Of a stretch of DNA of 64,000 bases, positions 63,443 through 64,000 are shown piece by piece. The notes beneath the pieces are model-generated. The model ran no database searches and was not told where the DNA came from. It saw only the letters and a program-made list of their open reading frames with translations. Origin of the DNA: Utricularia gibba. Its lineage: Eukaryota > Plantae > Magnoliophyta. Where the stretch lies: the NCBI GenBank assembly GCA_002189035.1, contig CM007989.1:4774001-4838000 (forward strand). Reading direction: 5' to 3'. Positions within the stretch are counted from its first letter, which is position 1; each line of letters opens with the position of its first letter. The translations under genes and the position numbers were made by a program.

Positions 63443-64000
63443 TATCTAATCAATAAAGGATATATAATAATAATGAAATTCTAAAAATAAGGAAATGAAA
63501 AACAACAAAACAAACATGATATTAACAATGAAAAATGCAGCTAAACCCAACTAAATACATAATTATATGAATTTTTAATAACTAAACCCAACTTAATATA
63601 TAACGCATACTGCAGCAACAAATGCATAGAATACATTTCACAAAAATAATGTAAGTTGCAACAACAAGATTACCCGATTTTAAGCCGACGAATTTTTGGT
63701 TTTCAGAAGCGCGACGACCCTGATAAGAAGAGACTTTGTATGTAGCAAAAGGTGATGTAAACTAGGTAGGTTTGTGCACTTATATTGTGGACGCCAACTT
63801 TTTCAGAAAAACATATTGCATAGAATAATTCACATCCATATATGTCTAAATCAATTGTTTAAAATAATTAAAAAAATTGCAGCACCTACAAAATACTCAT
63901 TGTTTGATGGGCCGTCTCAAATTTCAAATTTTCAGTATTTTAAAAATGATAAACAAAAAAGGTTATGCATATATTTCATCGACATCTATGCATTACGTGT

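Overview
AT-rich plant (probably eudicot) nuclear DNA. About 40% is nested, decayed transposons: two Mutator-like elements with TIRs, several Athila-type Ty3/gypsy pieces, a four-layer Ty1/copia nest, several solo LTRs, and a spliced transposon-type accessory gene at the right end. Host genes are a small DUF3511-type gene (-), a three-exon type II pectin methylesterase (+), an intronless SCL8-like GRAS transcription factor (+) and a possible 91-aa gene (-). An ORF-free island at 29.5-31.5 kb is a polycistronic snoRNA locus: a site II/telo-box/TATA promoter, two intact U14 snoRNAs, one decayed U14 copy, and several structured RNA candidates I could not assign to a family. I see no clear evidence of a wholly new biological system. 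The best leads are the unassigned structured RNAs in the snoRNA locus, the transposon accessory genes (PMD in a MULE, a spliced Transposase_28-like gene, the Athila extra ORF) and a position-conserved LTR hairpin with compensatory changes. All alignments and translations were done by eye. Family names come from remembered motifs, not database searches, and boundaries marked ~ are approximate.
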